From NCBI GenBank assembly GCA_963811165.1, contig CAWEQH010000004.1, positions 576,001 through 640,000 of the forward strand: a stretch of 64,000 bases of DNA, written 5' to 3'. This document shows, piece after piece, positions 10,459 through 20,752 of this stretch. A program made the position numbers and the translations under genes. This DNA comes from an uncultured Nitrospiraceae bacterium. Its GTDB lineage: Bacteria > Nitrospirota > Thermodesulfovibrionia > Thermodesulfovibrionales > UBA6898. The notes below the pieces were generated by a model, which was given only the letters and a program-made list of their open reading frames with translations, was not told the DNA's origin and did not search any database. Positions within the stretch are counted from its first letter, which is position 1. Every line of letters starts with the position of its first letter.

Positions 10459-11571
10459 CTATCTCTCGACCAGGATGCGGAGCATCCTCCTGAGCGGTTC
10501 GGCAGCGCCCCAGAGGAGCTGGTCTCCGCAGGTGAATGCGGCAAGATAGTCAGGTCCCATGTTCATCTTGCGTATACGGCCGACAGGCACGGTGAGGGTG
10601 CCTGTCACCGCGGCAGGGGTGAGTTCCCGTACGGTGATGTCCCGCTGGTTCGGCACTACCTTTACCCACTGGTTGTGGCTTGAGATCATCTCGTTGATCT
10701 CGTCGAGCGGCACGTCCTTCGTAAGTTTGATCGTAAGGGCCTGACTGTGGCAGCGCATGGAGCTGATGCGTACGCAGATACCGTCGATCGGGACAGGGTT
10801 TTCTTCCCGCCCCAGGATCTTGTTCGTTTCAGCCTGGCCTTTCCACTCTTCCTTGCTCTGCCCGTTTTCAAGCTCTACATCGATCCATGGGATCAGGGAG
10901 CAGGCCAGAGGTGCGCCGAAGAACTTCGTAGGATAGGCGTCGGAACGCACGTGCTCCGCGACTCTGCGGTCGATATCGAGGATCGCACTTGCAGGCTGCT
11001 CAAGGAGGTCCTTCACGGAACCGTGGGCGGAACCCATCTGTGAGAGAAGTTCTCTCATGTTTTGGGCGCCTGCACCGGATGCCGCCTGATAGGTCATGGC
11101 CGACATCCACTGGACGAGTCCGCGCTCATAAAGCCCTCCTAAGGCGATGAGCATCAACGAAACCGTGCAGTTGCCGCCGATATAGTTTTTGATGCCCCTG
11201 GCGAGGCCCTCTCTGATCACCTTTAGATTTACCGGGTCGAGAATGATGATGGAATCTTTTTCCATACGGAGCGCGGAAGCGGCGTCGATCCAGTAGCCGT
11301 TCCAGCCCGAGGCCCGTAATTTGGGAAAGACCACCTTTGTATATTCGCCCCCCTGGCAAGAGACGATCGTATCCATCGCCTTCAACTCATCGATATTTCT
11401 TGCGTCCTTGAGGACCGGGGAGTTCTTGCCGATCTCCGGCGCCTTGCCCCCGACGTTCGAGGTGGTGAAGAAGACCGGCTCGACGAGATCGAAATCTTTT
11501 TCCTCGGCCATGCGGCCCATAAGCACCGAGCCGACCATGCCGCGCCACCCTACAAAACCTACTCGCATCAT
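10459..11571 (-). CDS. asd: Aspartate-semialdehyde dehydrogenase (E. coli-like long type)
   Basis: [39 protein letters not shown]. Confidence 0.97.
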   Translation of the reverse strand: MMRVGFVGWRGMVGSVLMGRMAEEKDFDLVEPVFFTTSNVGGKAPEIGKNSPVLKDARNIDELKAMDTIVSCQGGEYTKVVFPKLRASGWNGYWIDAASALRMEKDSIIILDPVNLKVIREGLARGIKNYIGGNCTVSLMLIALGGLYERGLVQWMSAMTYQAASGAGAQNMRELLSQMGSAHGSVKDLLEQPASAILDIDRRVAEHVRSDAYPTKFFGAPLACSLIPWIDVELENGQSKEEWKGQAETNKILGREENPVPIDGICVRISSMRCHSQALTIKLTKDVPLDEINEMISSHNQWVKVVPNQRDITVRELTPAAVTGTLTVPVGRIRKMNMGPDYLAAFTCGDQLLWGAAEPLRRMLRILVER

Positions 11572-11747
11572 CTCTTCGCTCCTGATAAAGAATTCTTGGT
11601 CATAGCCGATAACGCCGCTTTGGGCGTTACGCAAGGATTATTCTTTTTATTATATCCAATATCCGGAAACTTTACACGGCCAGGGGAAGACCGCAATCTG
11701 CCTTCAACTTCGCCCGGAGACCCATTTTACCGCGCGACCGTAATTCA

Positions 11748-12815
11748 TCAGATAGTGGCCGCGAGCTTTGAAACCAGGTCACCGACTTCGGCAGTGCCCA
11801 TTCCCATCTTGCCTGCCGCGAGGCTCTTGATATGTTTCCCGGTGACTTCCATTACCGCCTTTTCGATCGTCTTCCCCGCGGCGTCCTCTCCGAGATATTC
11901 GAGCATCATGCCTCCGGCGCATATGGCAGCAAGAGGGTTAATGACGTTCATGCCTTTATATTTGGGGGCCGAGCCGCCTATAGGCTCGAACATCGAAACG
12001 CCCTGAGGGTTTATATTGCCGCCCGCTGCAATACCCATTCCCCCCTGTATCATCGCGCCCAGATCGGTAATAATGTCACCGAACATGTTGTCTGTCACGA
12101 TCACGTCGAACCACTCGGGGTTTTTCACGAACCACATCGTGATCGCGTCGACGTGGGCATAATCGGCTTTTACCCCGGGGTATTCCTTTGCTACTTCATA
12201 AAAGGTCCTTTCCCATAAATCGAAGGCGAAGGTGAGGACGTTCGTTTTTCCGCAGAGGGTGAGTTTGTTCGACTTGTTCCGCTTTTTGCAGTATTCGAAG
12301 GCATACCGTATGCAGCGCTCCACGCCCTTTCTCGTATTGATCGACTCCTGTATCGCAACCTCATCCTTCGTGCCTTTTTTGAGGGTGCCGCCGGCCCCGG
12401 CATAAAGCCCTTCGGTGTTTTCTCTTACAACGACGAAATCGATATCATCGGGCCTCTTGTCCTTAAGCGGACATTCTACGCCGGGGTAGAGCTTCACCGG
12501 CCTGAGGTTGATGTACTGGTCGAGCTCGAACCTAAGTTTCAGCAGTATACCCTTTTCGAGGATGCCCGGCTTGACATCGGGATGGCCGATGGCGCCCAGG
12601 AAGATTGCATCGAACTTCTGTAATTCCTCGACCGCATTGGCCGGGAGCACCTCTCCGGTCTTAAGATACCTGTCCCCCCCGAAGTCGAAATAGGTGAGGT
12701 CCGTATTGAACCCGAACCGTTTAGAGACAGTATTTAAGACCTTAATGCCCTCGGCAACGACCTCCGGGCCAGTGCCGTCTCCCGGTATTACGGCTATGTT
12801 ATATGTCTTTGACAT
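11748..12815 (-). CDS. leuB: 3-isopropylmalate dehydrogenase
   Basis: [36 protein letters not shown]; adjacent to asd. Confidence 0.85.
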   Translation of the reverse strand: MSKTYNIAVIPGDGTGPEVVAEGIKVLNTVSKRFGFNTDLTYFDFGGDRYLKTGEVLPANAVEELQKFDAIFLGAIGHPDVKPGILEKGILLKLRFELDQYINLRPVKLYPGVECPLKDKRPDDIDFVVVRENTEGLYAGAGGTLKKGTKDEVAIQESINTRKGVERCIRYAFEYCKKRNKSNKLTLCGKTNVLTFAFDLWERTFYEVAKEYPGVKADYAHVDAITMWFVKNPEWFDVIVTDNMFGDIITDLGAMIQGGMGIAAGGNINPQGVSMFEPIGGSAPKYKGMNVINPLAAICAGGMMLEYLGEDAAGKTIEKAVMEVTGKHIKSLAAGKMGMGTAEVGDLVSKLAATI

Positions 12816-12929
12816 GTCTTCCTCCTGATATCAAAAAAGTCTGATATATTATCATATCGGGGTGATTTCTTAGTAGTTCTGCGGCTGGCTTATCTAATGT
12901 CCGGGGGAAAAAAACGGGTTCCCAGCGGG

Positions 12930-14393
12930 TCAGGGATGCGCATATCCGCCTATAGCTTTCCTCTTAAGGATAAGAAAACCGTCATACTCATATACGGTCT
13001 CAAAAGACGGAGAAGACGAGGCGAGCGCTTTCTCAGAACGCTCGTATTCATCAAGCGGCTCTCTGAGCGCATACGCACCTCTTCGGAGCACAAAATCGAC
13101 TAGCTCCTTCGCCCGTTTTTTGTCATAGACTACATAGTCTGCGAGCATTCCCGTTCCCGCAGAAGCGGCAACTCCGGCTGGGAATGTAAGATAATGCATC
13201 CGGTTGGCCAGGACCGCATGGTTTACCAAATTGGAACTTGAAACCACGATAGACGGGTCGGCCGGGACAAATGTTTCCAGTGCGTTTCTGTTCCTGTCAT
13301 CCCTCGGCGTGACAAGATAGCGGGAATAATGATAGCTATCGTTTTTGTAAAAAAGGAAAAATCCGAGATGGGCCATGTTCAGGAGTAAAAAGGCCCCGAC
13401 AAGGAACTTAAAAAAATTGCCCTGAAGGGAAGGACGCTTTCCCATCACATCTACGAAGGCGGCAAAGATAAAGGGTACAACCGTGGCAGGATAATGATAT
13501 GCGAGCGACTGGATCCTCCAGAGGTCTGAGAGTAAGGCAAGGGCCATGCCGGGGAGGGCGGGAAGTAAGGTGAGGGGAGCAAGGAAAGGCAGGAACAGAA
13601 ACGATCCCAAAAGGATTACCACATAGGCGGCTCTCCAGTAATTGACAAAGGTAGCGGCGACTTTCCCCGGATTCGTGAAAACCGCTCCGAATACTCCTCC
13701 CATGTCCTGTCCCAGCCATGAAACGCCTGCTATGTTCATCAGGGCATGCCCCTCGACGGCAGGCATCAGGAAATCGATGACGAGCAGCCCTGATACAAAA
13801 ATCGCTGCGGAGAGGGCATACCGTAAGATTCCCTTCTTGCGCTGTAAAGCGCCGGATAGACAGATAAGAGATGCGATAAAGAAGGATATTTCCTTAACGG
13901 TCAAAAGAAGGGCCAGTGAAAGAGCGAACGGGACATTCCTTTCTTTTTTCTGAAAGTACATTGCAGACAGACCCAAGGGTATAATGAGTGAATCGGGATG
14001 GAAATTTGTCAGATTAATGAGCCATACCGGGGAGAAGAGGCAATATAGCGCCGCGACGATGAATGCCTTTTCCCTGCCGAGCATTTCGGATGCATAGGCA
14101 TGGAGAGGGAAAACAGCGATGGAAATAGACAGCGATTGAAGGACGAGGAGGGTTTCTCCGTAAGGCATGATTTTATAGACGAGTGCGTAAAGGCCGAGTA
14201 TCGGCCTGAAGTGATGACGGACGACGAGGGACCCGATACTTCCTATCGAATAATTCCAGAGGCCATTTTGATACATGCCCATATCCCAGATTTGGGTATG
14301 AAGGGCGCGATATCGCTGGACGCTTGGGTAGATAAGGGCAAGAGAGTAAACCATCCACAATATGATGAGTTTGAATTTTTTAAGCGTATCCAT
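12930..14393 (-). CDS. DUF2079-like polytopic membrane protein (possible GT-C glycosyltransferase)
   Basis: D.G.Y...LW, HF.PIL, NFHPD, L.VKE motifs and many TM segments; start placed at ATG 14393. Confidence 0.7.
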   Translation of the reverse strand: MDTLKKFKLIILWMVYSLALIYPSVQRYRALHTQIWDMGMYQNGLWNYSIGSIGSLVVRHHFRPILGLYALVYKIMPYGETLLVLQSLSISIAVFPLHAYASEMLGREKAFIVAALYCLFSPVWLINLTNFHPDSLIIPLGLSAMYFQKKERNVPFALSLALLLTVKEISFFIASLICLSGALQRKKGILRYALSAAIFVSGLLVIDFLMPAVEGHALMNIAGVSWLGQDMGGVFGAVFTNPGKVAATFVNYWRAAYVVILLGSFLFLPFLAPLTLLPALPGMALALLSDLWRIQSLAYHYPATVVPFIFAAFVDVMGKRPSLQGNFFKFLVGAFLLLNMAHLGFFLFYKNDSYHYSRYLVTPRDDRNRNALETFVPADPSIVVSSSNLVNHAVLANRMHYLTFPAGVAASAGTGMLADYVVYDKKRAKELVDFVLRRGAYALREPLDEYERSEKALASSSPSFETVYEYDGFLILKRKAIGGYAHP

Positions 14394-14660
14394 TTTTAAA
14401 AAAACACTCTTCTTTATTGCCCCGCACATCAAATGCAGTGTGATATCCCAAATTCTATAGTAGCCTAGGTAATGGGTAAGAATAAAGCAATCCCCGAGTA
14501 GGATTACGAGCAAGGCAGAACGACATACTTCTTTGCGCAACGTCCTTACGATAAACTCAAGTCGACGAAGATCGGGGAGGCCGACCGCATCATTTTTTTT
14601 GTCGTTACATGGAGATTAAGGTAAAATAAACGTGCTTGATTAATTATTCCGGAGGATTCG

Positions 14661-16295
14661 ATGGCCCAGGATTTTGAAAACGCCGCTTCATGTTGGAAAG
14701 TGATCTTATCGGATGTCTCTAAGAACAAAGGACTTCTGTCTGAGATAGAGAGATTCGCCAGGGAAAATACCGCTCCGGCAAAAATTGTCTTTGGCACGTC
14801 GGGGTGGCGCGGGGAGATAGGTACGGATTATACGTTCAATAACGTGCGCATCGTGACCGCAGCCATTATCGAGATGTGTAAAAGCGGAGACCGTAATGTC
14901 ATGGAAGCCATGGGTGTTTCTGATTTCGAAGAGATAAGGAGGCGTGGAGCTATTGTCGGCCATGATAACCGGTTCCTCGGGGAGGATTTCGCCATGGAGG
15001 TCCTCGGTCTTCTCAAGAAGGAGGGCGTTAAGACCTGGTATGCGGGCGAGGCCCCTACTCCGGAGTTTTCGGCAGGCATCGAAATGCTGGATGCGGCCTG
15101 TGCGATAAACCTTACGCCGTCACATAATCCGGCCAATTACGCGGGCTTCAAGTTCAACCCTTCAGACGGCGGTCCGGCTGGGGCGGAAATTACCACTAGG
15201 ATAGAAGAGGTCGCAAACAGGATGATGGGGGGAGCTCTTGTCCCGCCGCCGGCGGTCCCGTCCGACATCGAGAAAATCGATCTCACTTCTCTCTATATAC
15301 GTTACCTTGACGAACGCAATACCATCGATGCCGGCCGTATCCGCGACTTTCTTGCGAAGGCGGACTGCACCATATGTATCGATAACGTCCATGGTGCGAC
15401 GCGGGGACGGGTCCGGAGGATCCTCGGTGAGAGCGAAAAGATCGTGTATCTCAGGACCGGAGACGATTATCTCTTTGGAGGAGTTGCTCCGGAGCCCTCC
15501 GAAAAGAACATGGCGGGTGTGGAGGAAACGTTAAAGGGCAGCGCCTCGAGGTTAAGACTTGGCGTGATCATGGACCCTGACGGCGACAGGATACGGTTTT
15601 CCGACGGGGATATGCAGATACCGATGAACTATTTCGGTGCGATGGCGTTCCATTTCCTTCACGTCCATAAAGGTATTTCGGGCGTTGTCGCCAAGTCGGT
15701 CGGCACGAGTAATCTCGTAAACGCGATAGCCGAAAAACTCAGGGTTCCCGTCAGGGAGACGAAGGTCGGGTTCAAGAACTTCAGGCCCTACCTGCTCGGG
15801 TCGGCCCTTGAAAGGGCGATTGTCGCCTTCGAAGAGTCCGACGGGATTTCAGGGTACAACCACACACTCGAAAAGGACGCGCTTTTCGGACTGCTTCTTG
15901 CCCTTGAGATGATGTCTGTTACCGGAAATAACCTGGGGGGGTACCTTAAGGCTATCATGGACGAATTCGGCCACTACTATCCCGATCGCTCGGGGATCTC
16001 GGTGGACAGGTCGCTTGTCGGCGAACCTCTTATAAGAAGGCTTTCCGTCATCCGGGAACTTTACAAAAAGGGCACTTTACTCAAAATCGGGGGGAGCGAG
16101 AAGAAGGTCAGGGACGTGATCACCGTCGATGGGACGAAGCTTGTCTTTGACGACGGCTCGTGGCTTATGATAAGGCCCTCGGGGACTGAACCGAAGGTGA
16201 GGTTCTATATCGAGTCGAGGACGGAAGAGGGAAAAAAGGCGGTGTTTGAGACAGCCGAGAGGATGACGAAAGAGGCGCTGGGGATGAAATTGTAG
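14661..16295 (+). CDS. Phosphoglucomutase/phosphomannomutase family protein
   Basis: FGTSGWRG, TPSHNP, DPDGDR, FEES.G, RPSGTEP. Confidence 0.93.
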   Translation: MAQDFENAASCWKVILSDVSKNKGLLSEIERFARENTAPAKIVFGTSGWRGEIGTDYTFNNVRIVTAAIIEMCKSGDRNVMEAMGVSDFEEIRRRGAIVGHDNRFLGEDFAMEVLGLLKKEGVKTWYAGEAPTPEFSAGIEMLDAACAINLTPSHNPANYAGFKFNPSDGGPAGAEITTRIEEVANRMMGGALVPPPAVPSDIEKIDLTSLYIRYLDERNTIDAGRIRDFLAKADCTICIDNVHGATRGRVRRILGESEKIVYLRTGDDYLFGGVAPEPSEKNMAGVEETLKGSASRLRLGVIMDPDGDRIRFSDGDMQIPMNYFGAMAFHFLHVHKGISGVVAKSVGTSNLVNAIAEKLRVPVRETKVGFKNFRPYLLGSALERAIVAFEESDGISGYNHTLEKDALFGLLLALEMMSVTGNNLGGYLKAIMDEFGHYYPDRSGISVDRSLVGEPLIRRLSVIRELYKKGTLLKIGGSEKKVRDVITVDGTKLVFDDGSWLMIRPSGTEPKVRFYIESRTEEGKKAVFETAERMTKEALGMKL

Positions 16296-16365
16296 GGGGC
16301 GCACCTGTGCGTGCGCGCCCTTCCTTGTGGGCCGTCATTGGGCAGACACTAAGGTCTGCCCCTCC
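16292..16365. repeat. GTAG-type REP doublet (REPIN-like)
   Basis: GTAGGGGGCGCACCTGTGCGTGCGCGCCC and the inverted GGGCAGACACTAAGGTCTGCCCCTCC between convergent genes. Confidence 0.65.
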
Positions 16366-16369
16366 AACA

Positions 16370-17134
16370 TTATTTCACTATCGGGCTGGCGTGTATGTCC
16401 ATCGGGTTCGTCCTTATTGCCAGTGAGAAGAGATACGGGTAGTCGCCCTTGAGATGTTCCATATAGGAGAGCCACTGCGAAAGCAGCTGGGTATAGGCCC
16501 GGTTGATATCTCCGGTGAGGTGGTCGTAATCGGTCTCCGGCAGTCCTTCAAGCACGGGTCTCGACGACAGTTCCCCCAAGAGGTGGAAGACCGCCCAGAG
16601 GAGGTCGGTAAATGTATCATGTTCGAGGAGGTTCGGGTTTGCAAGAAGACTGAGAAGGAACCCCCTTTTTTGTTCGAGGAACCTCTTTAATTCCTTCAGG
16701 TCGTTTCTTCTCGAATCTATTTTTGGGTCTGCGGTATGGATCTGTTTCATCGCAGAGGTGAAATCTTTATGCGTCCATGAGTCGGCGACGAGCAGATGCG
16801 GCGCCAGCCCGGAGAGGTCGGAGCTGAATTGTGAACAATATTTCATCAGGTACGTCCCTACCTCGCTATAGAATGCGCCGATGAGCATATTAAGCTTCTT
16901 CAGCAGTGTCCGCTTTTCTCTTTCGTTTAGGAGACGCGCAATGATAAATGTCACCAGGAGTACCTGGATGGGTACGAAGGCGATGTCCTGCAGCATGTAA
17001 AAGAAGGTGTCATCCGAGCGGTGAAAAATGGCTATCTGAATAACGTATGAGACGACGGAGAAACCGATCAGGAGACACGACAGTATTATGTACCACTTCA
17101 GACTCTCTTTGTTTCGTTTGCCGAGCATATTCAT
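16370..17134 (-). CDS. Hypothetical membrane protein (2 N-terminal TM)
   Basis: 254-aa ORF with DIAFVPIQVLLVT and NPNLLEHD.FTDLLWAVFHL segments. Confidence 0.75.
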   Translation of the reverse strand: MNMLGKRNKESLKWYIILSCLLIGFSVVSYVIQIAIFHRSDDTFFYMLQDIAFVPIQVLLVTFIIARLLNEREKRTLLKKLNMLIGAFYSEVGTYLMKYCSQFSSDLSGLAPHLLVADSWTHKDFTSAMKQIHTADPKIDSRRNDLKELKRFLEQKRGFLLSLLANPNLLEHDTFTDLLWAVFHLLGELSSRPVLEGLPETDYDHLTGDINRAYTQLLSQWLSYMEHLKGDYPYLFSLAIRTNPMDIHASPIVK

Positions 17135-17299
17135 TTTATTAGTGTAGCGGAACAGAGGGGGCAGGTCTAGTACTGATGCTTCACGAATGCAGCGTGGACC
17201 GCTTTTCGCTGACTAGTCATCATGCCGGATCTTGTATTGGAAGACCGCATGAGCATACGGCTGCAAATTTGGGACGTACTCCCTTTTGCGGGAAGCGCC

Positions 17300-17512
17300 T
17301 TATACTTTAGTGGTTTTCGTCTCCTGATCGACCGCCTCTTTATTATTTTCTATCAGAGGTTTCTTCTCTTCGGCGGCAAGGGCCTTCTTGAACTCCCGGA
17401 TGCTTTTACCAAGGCCTGCCCCTATCTCGGGCAACTTACCCGGGCCGAAAATGACCAGTACGATCGCCAAAATGATGATCATGTGCATGGGCTGAAACAA
17501 TCCTTCAAACAT
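17300..17512 (-). CDS. tatA: Twin-arginine translocase TatA/E
   Basis: [33 protein letters not shown]. Confidence 0.93.
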   Translation of the reverse strand: MFEGLFQPMHMIIILAIVLVIFGPGKLPEIGAGLGKSIREFKKALAAEEKKPLIENNKEAVDQETKTTKV

Positions 17513-17679
17513 AATTTTTCACCTCCCTACAGTTCTTATTTTACCTTATCCGGACATGAAATTGCCTTTTTTTTCTCCAGGGCCGTTTCAACTCCGGAAA
17601 ACGCCCTTGTCACATGATGGCGCGCGAGAGGGGGAGTTACCCCCCCTCAGGGAGTCAGGTTTAATCCGAAAGGAAAGTA

Positions 17680-18990
17680 CTATGAAGTATACCCGCTCTC
17701 TTCGTGCTGGGTAAGGTCGAGGCCCATAACTTCATCTTCATCGGAGATGCGAAGTCCGATCGTCTTTTCCATTATTTTCAGCACTATGAAGGAGACTGAA
17801 AATGAATAGAATGCCACAACAGCCACAGCCATCCCCTGGATTGCAAGCTGATGCGCATTGCCGAAAAAGAGACCGTCGGCACCGGCATTATTGATCAGCT
17901 TTTGCGCAAAAAATCCGGCCGAGATGGTCCCTAAAATGCCTCCTACCCCGTGGACGCCGAAGGCGTCGAGGGAATCGTCATACCCGAGTTTACTTTTGAG
18001 ATTAAGGGCGGTATAACATGCAGCGCCGGCAAGCAGCCCGATAATGAGGGAAGACATTGGTCCGACAAAGCCTGCGGCAGGGGTTATTGTTGCGAGCCCC
18101 GCTATAGAACCGGTAGCTGCGCCGAACATGGTGGGCTTCCCTCTATGGAGCCATTCTATTATGACCCATAACAATGTTGCTGAAACGGCGGCGATATGCG
18201 TGGTCACAAACGCCACTGCGCTGAGGCCCCCTGATGCAAGGGCGCTGCCGCCGTTAAATCCAAACCATCCGAACCAGAGCAGACCCGCCCCGAGAACCGT
18301 CATGGGCAGATTGTGAGGGGGCATGGGCTCCCGTAAATACCCTTTCCTTTTTCCAATGACGAGGGCCGCTGCAAGGGCTGACAGCCCAGAGGTTGCATGG
18401 ACCACGATGCCCCCCGCAAAATCCAGCACCCCGAGGCTTTTCAGCCAGCCGCCGGTCCCCCATACCCAATGGGCCACCGGATCGTAGACAAGGGTCGTCC
18501 AGAGCAGGATGAATAGGATATATGCCGAGAATTTCATCCTTTCGGCGATGGCCCCGCTGATAAGAGCAGGCGTAATTACTGCAAACATCGCCTGATAAAT
18601 CATAAACGCCAGATGGGGGACGGTTGGGGCGTAGTCTACGTTAGGCGCGGTCCCTACCCCCCTAAGAAATGCCCAGTCCAGTCCTCCGATGACACTCTTA
18701 ATGTCAGGTCCAAAAGAAAGACTGTATCCTATGAGGACCCATTGAAGGCTCACGATAGCGATGGCGATAAAACTGTGCATAATGGTGCCCAGTACGTTTT
18801 TCTTCCTCGCCATGCCTCCGTAAAACATGGCAAGCCCCGGGGTCATGAGCATGACAAGGGCTGCCGACAAGAGAACAAAGGCCGTATCGCCCGTGTCTAT
18901 TTTCCCCTCTGTCTGGGCATATACGCTCAAGGGCATGAGAAAAAGCAGCGCTAGGGAAAAGATAGTGGGCCGGATCATTTTTTTATTCAT
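17680..18990 (-). CDS. amtB: Ammonium transporter
   Basis: LMTPGLA.FYGG, DFAGG.VVH, GW.GFNGGS, DDSLDAFGVHG. Confidence 0.97.
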   Translation of the reverse strand: MNKKMIRPTIFSLALLFLMPLSVYAQTEGKIDTGDTAFVLLSAALVMLMTPGLAMFYGGMARKKNVLGTIMHSFIAIAIVSLQWVLIGYSLSFGPDIKSVIGGLDWAFLRGVGTAPNVDYAPTVPHLAFMIYQAMFAVITPALISGAIAERMKFSAYILFILLWTTLVYDPVAHWVWGTGGWLKSLGVLDFAGGIVVHATSGLSALAAALVIGKRKGYLREPMPPHNLPMTVLGAGLLWFGWFGFNGGSALASGGLSAVAFVTTHIAAVSATLLWVIIEWLHRGKPTMFGAATGSIAGLATITPAAGFVGPMSSLIIGLLAGAACYTALNLKSKLGYDDSLDAFGVHGVGGILGTISAGFFAQKLINNAGADGLFFGNAHQLAIQGMAVAVVAFYSFSVSFIVLKIMEKTIGLRISDEDEVMGLDLTQHEESGYTS

Positions 18991-19039
18991 CGATAACTCC
19001 TCTAGTCAAGATATCCCTTTTAGAGATTGTGGAGAAAGA

Positions 19040-19056
19040 AGCGAAAGGCATGCCAG
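19040..19056 (-). promoter_or_regulatory. Putative sigma54 (-24/-12) promoter of amtB
   Basis: Minus strand CTGGCATGCCTTTCGCT, GG-N10-GC, about 50 bp upstream of the amtB ATG. Confidence 0.7.
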
Positions 19057-19108
19057 AGGGAATCCTTTGTTTTCTCGGGGATAGAAGGAGACAAAAAGAG
19101 AAGAAAAA

Positions 19109-19210
19109 CAACAAAAATGTAGGTCTTTCCCGGTCCCAAAGCGTGTTTATGCTTTAAAAACGCGAGCATATCAATGAAGCTACAAAAATGTTCTATCGAC
19201 ACAAATGTAG
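19109..19210. promoter_or_regulatory. Three CTACA-N4-TGTAG-like palindromic boxes (putative activator sites)
   Basis: CAACAAAAATGTAG 19109-19122, CTACAAAAATGTTC 19180-19193, CGACACAAATGTAG 19197-19210. Confidence 0.55.
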
Positions 19211-19555
19211 CCTATTTTTTGGACGGACCTAAGGCTGCCCGCACTCGTTGTAATCGTCCCGGTCTTTGCCGCAAGAGGACTGATTCGTCGGAAAAAAGCC
19301 TTTTTTTTTGGCATATCCGAGCTTCCCAACCTGGCATCCGGTAAAGAAGCGGGCAGTAAGCCTCAACCGTGAATATGCCAGAAGCGTGCCAATTCTGATC
19401 GGTCGCTCCGTCTGCTCACTCCGTGAAGCATTCCTTCCCCTGGTGTCTGTGCGAGGGCCTTTGGCCGGACCGCGGGACGTATAGGGCAGGGGAGAGATGG
19501 TATAATAGGGCTTACAATGGCTGCTTTTTTAAAGACACGTTAAGCGGAGGAAACC

Positions 19556-20752
19556 CTGACAGGGCTAAGAGACATAACAGACGCGGCAGCAAGGGTAGGC
19601 ACTTTTATCCATAAAACACCTTTGGTCTATTCGAGCTCGTTTAGCAGGATGACAGGCGCCGAGGTCTTTCTTAAGGCCGAGAACCTGCAGAAAACCGGCT
19701 CATTTAAGGTCAGAGGCGCCTTCAACAAAATCATGGAGGTTCGTGGGGACAAGGTGATCGCTGCTTCGATGGGCAACCATGCCCAGGGGGTCGCCTTCGC
19801 GGCCGCGAGGCTTGGCAAAAAGGCAAAAATCGTGATGCCCGTCACGGCCGCCATAGTGAAACAGGAAGCGACAAGGGGCTATGGCGCCGAGGTAATACTT
19901 TTCGGCGATAGTTTTGGCGAGGCGCTGGATTACGCACTTTCCCATAAAGACCATGAGTTCATACATGCCTTTGACGACGACGCGATCATCGCCGGTCAGG
20001 GGACTGTCGGTCTGGAGATAGCAGAGGACGTCCGGGACGTCGACTATGTCTTGGCGCCGGTCGGAGGGGGAGGCCTTGTTTCAGGGATCGCAGTAGCGCT
20101 CAAATCACTGTCTGCGGGATCGAAAATTATAGGTGTTCAAACAGCGGCCGCCCCTTCGGCATATGTCTCCTTCAGAGACAATACGATCTCTGAACGCACT
20201 CCTCATGCGACAATAGCAGACGGCATCGCAGTGGGAAGGGTGGGCGAGAGGCCATTTGAGATTATCAGCAAATATGTGGACGATATGCTCCTGGTTGAAG
20301 AGGATGACGTCGCGATGTCCATCCTCTTGTTTTTAGAGCGGAAGAAACTTGTGGTCGAGGGCGCGGGCGCCGTGGCGCTGGCCGCGCTGTTTACGAATAA
20401 AAAAATGTTTGAGGGCAAGAAGGTAGTGCTCGTTGTCAGCGGGGGGAATATCGACTTCACGCTAATCGACAGGATAATACACAAGGGCCTTGTGAGTAGC
20501 GGGCGGATAGGGGTGTTTGAGGTAACGGTCGACGATGTCCCCGGCAGACTCCAATCGCTCGCCGGAATCATAGCCGGCCGCAGGGGGAATATCCTGAACG
20601 TCGTGCATGACAGGTTGTCTGCCGACCTGCCGGTAGTCAAAACAAGGGTAATATTTACCGTCGAGACAAAAGGGAGAGACCATCTTGAGGAGATCCTTTC
20701 CGCCCTGCAGGAAAAAGGGTTCGAACTGAGAAAAAGGGAGGGTGTCTCATAA
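19556..20752 (+). CDS. ilvA: Threonine ammonia-lyase with C-terminal ACT domain; probable CTG start
   Basis: ENLQKTGSFK.RGA PLP site, SMGNHAQG, VGGGGL, SGGNID; homologous N-terminus extends to CTG 19556 behind GGAGG. Confidence 0.9.
   Translation: MTGLRDITDAAARVGTFIHKTPLVYSSSFSRMTGAEVFLKAENLQKTGSFKVRGAFNKIMEVRGDKVIAASMGNHAQGVAFAAARLGKKAKIVMPVTAAIVKQEATRGYGAEVILFGDSFGEALDYALSHKDHEFIHAFDDDAIIAGQGTVGLEIAEDVRDVDYVLAPVGGGGLVSGIAVALKSLSAGSKIIGVQTAAAPSAYVSFRDNTISERTPHATIADGIAVGRVGERPFEIISKYVDDMLLVEEDDVAMSILLFLERKKLVVEGAGAVALAALFTNKKMFEGKKVVLVVSGGNIDFTLIDRIIHKGLVSSGRIGVFEVTVDDVPGRLQSLAGIIAGRRGNILNVVHDRLSADLPVVKTRVIFTVETKGRDHLEEILSALQEKGFELRKREGVS

Noticed and set aside
19308..19323. Plus-strand TGGCAT as a sigma54 promoter for ilvA
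   Set aside because: Spacing is GG-N9-GC, not N10
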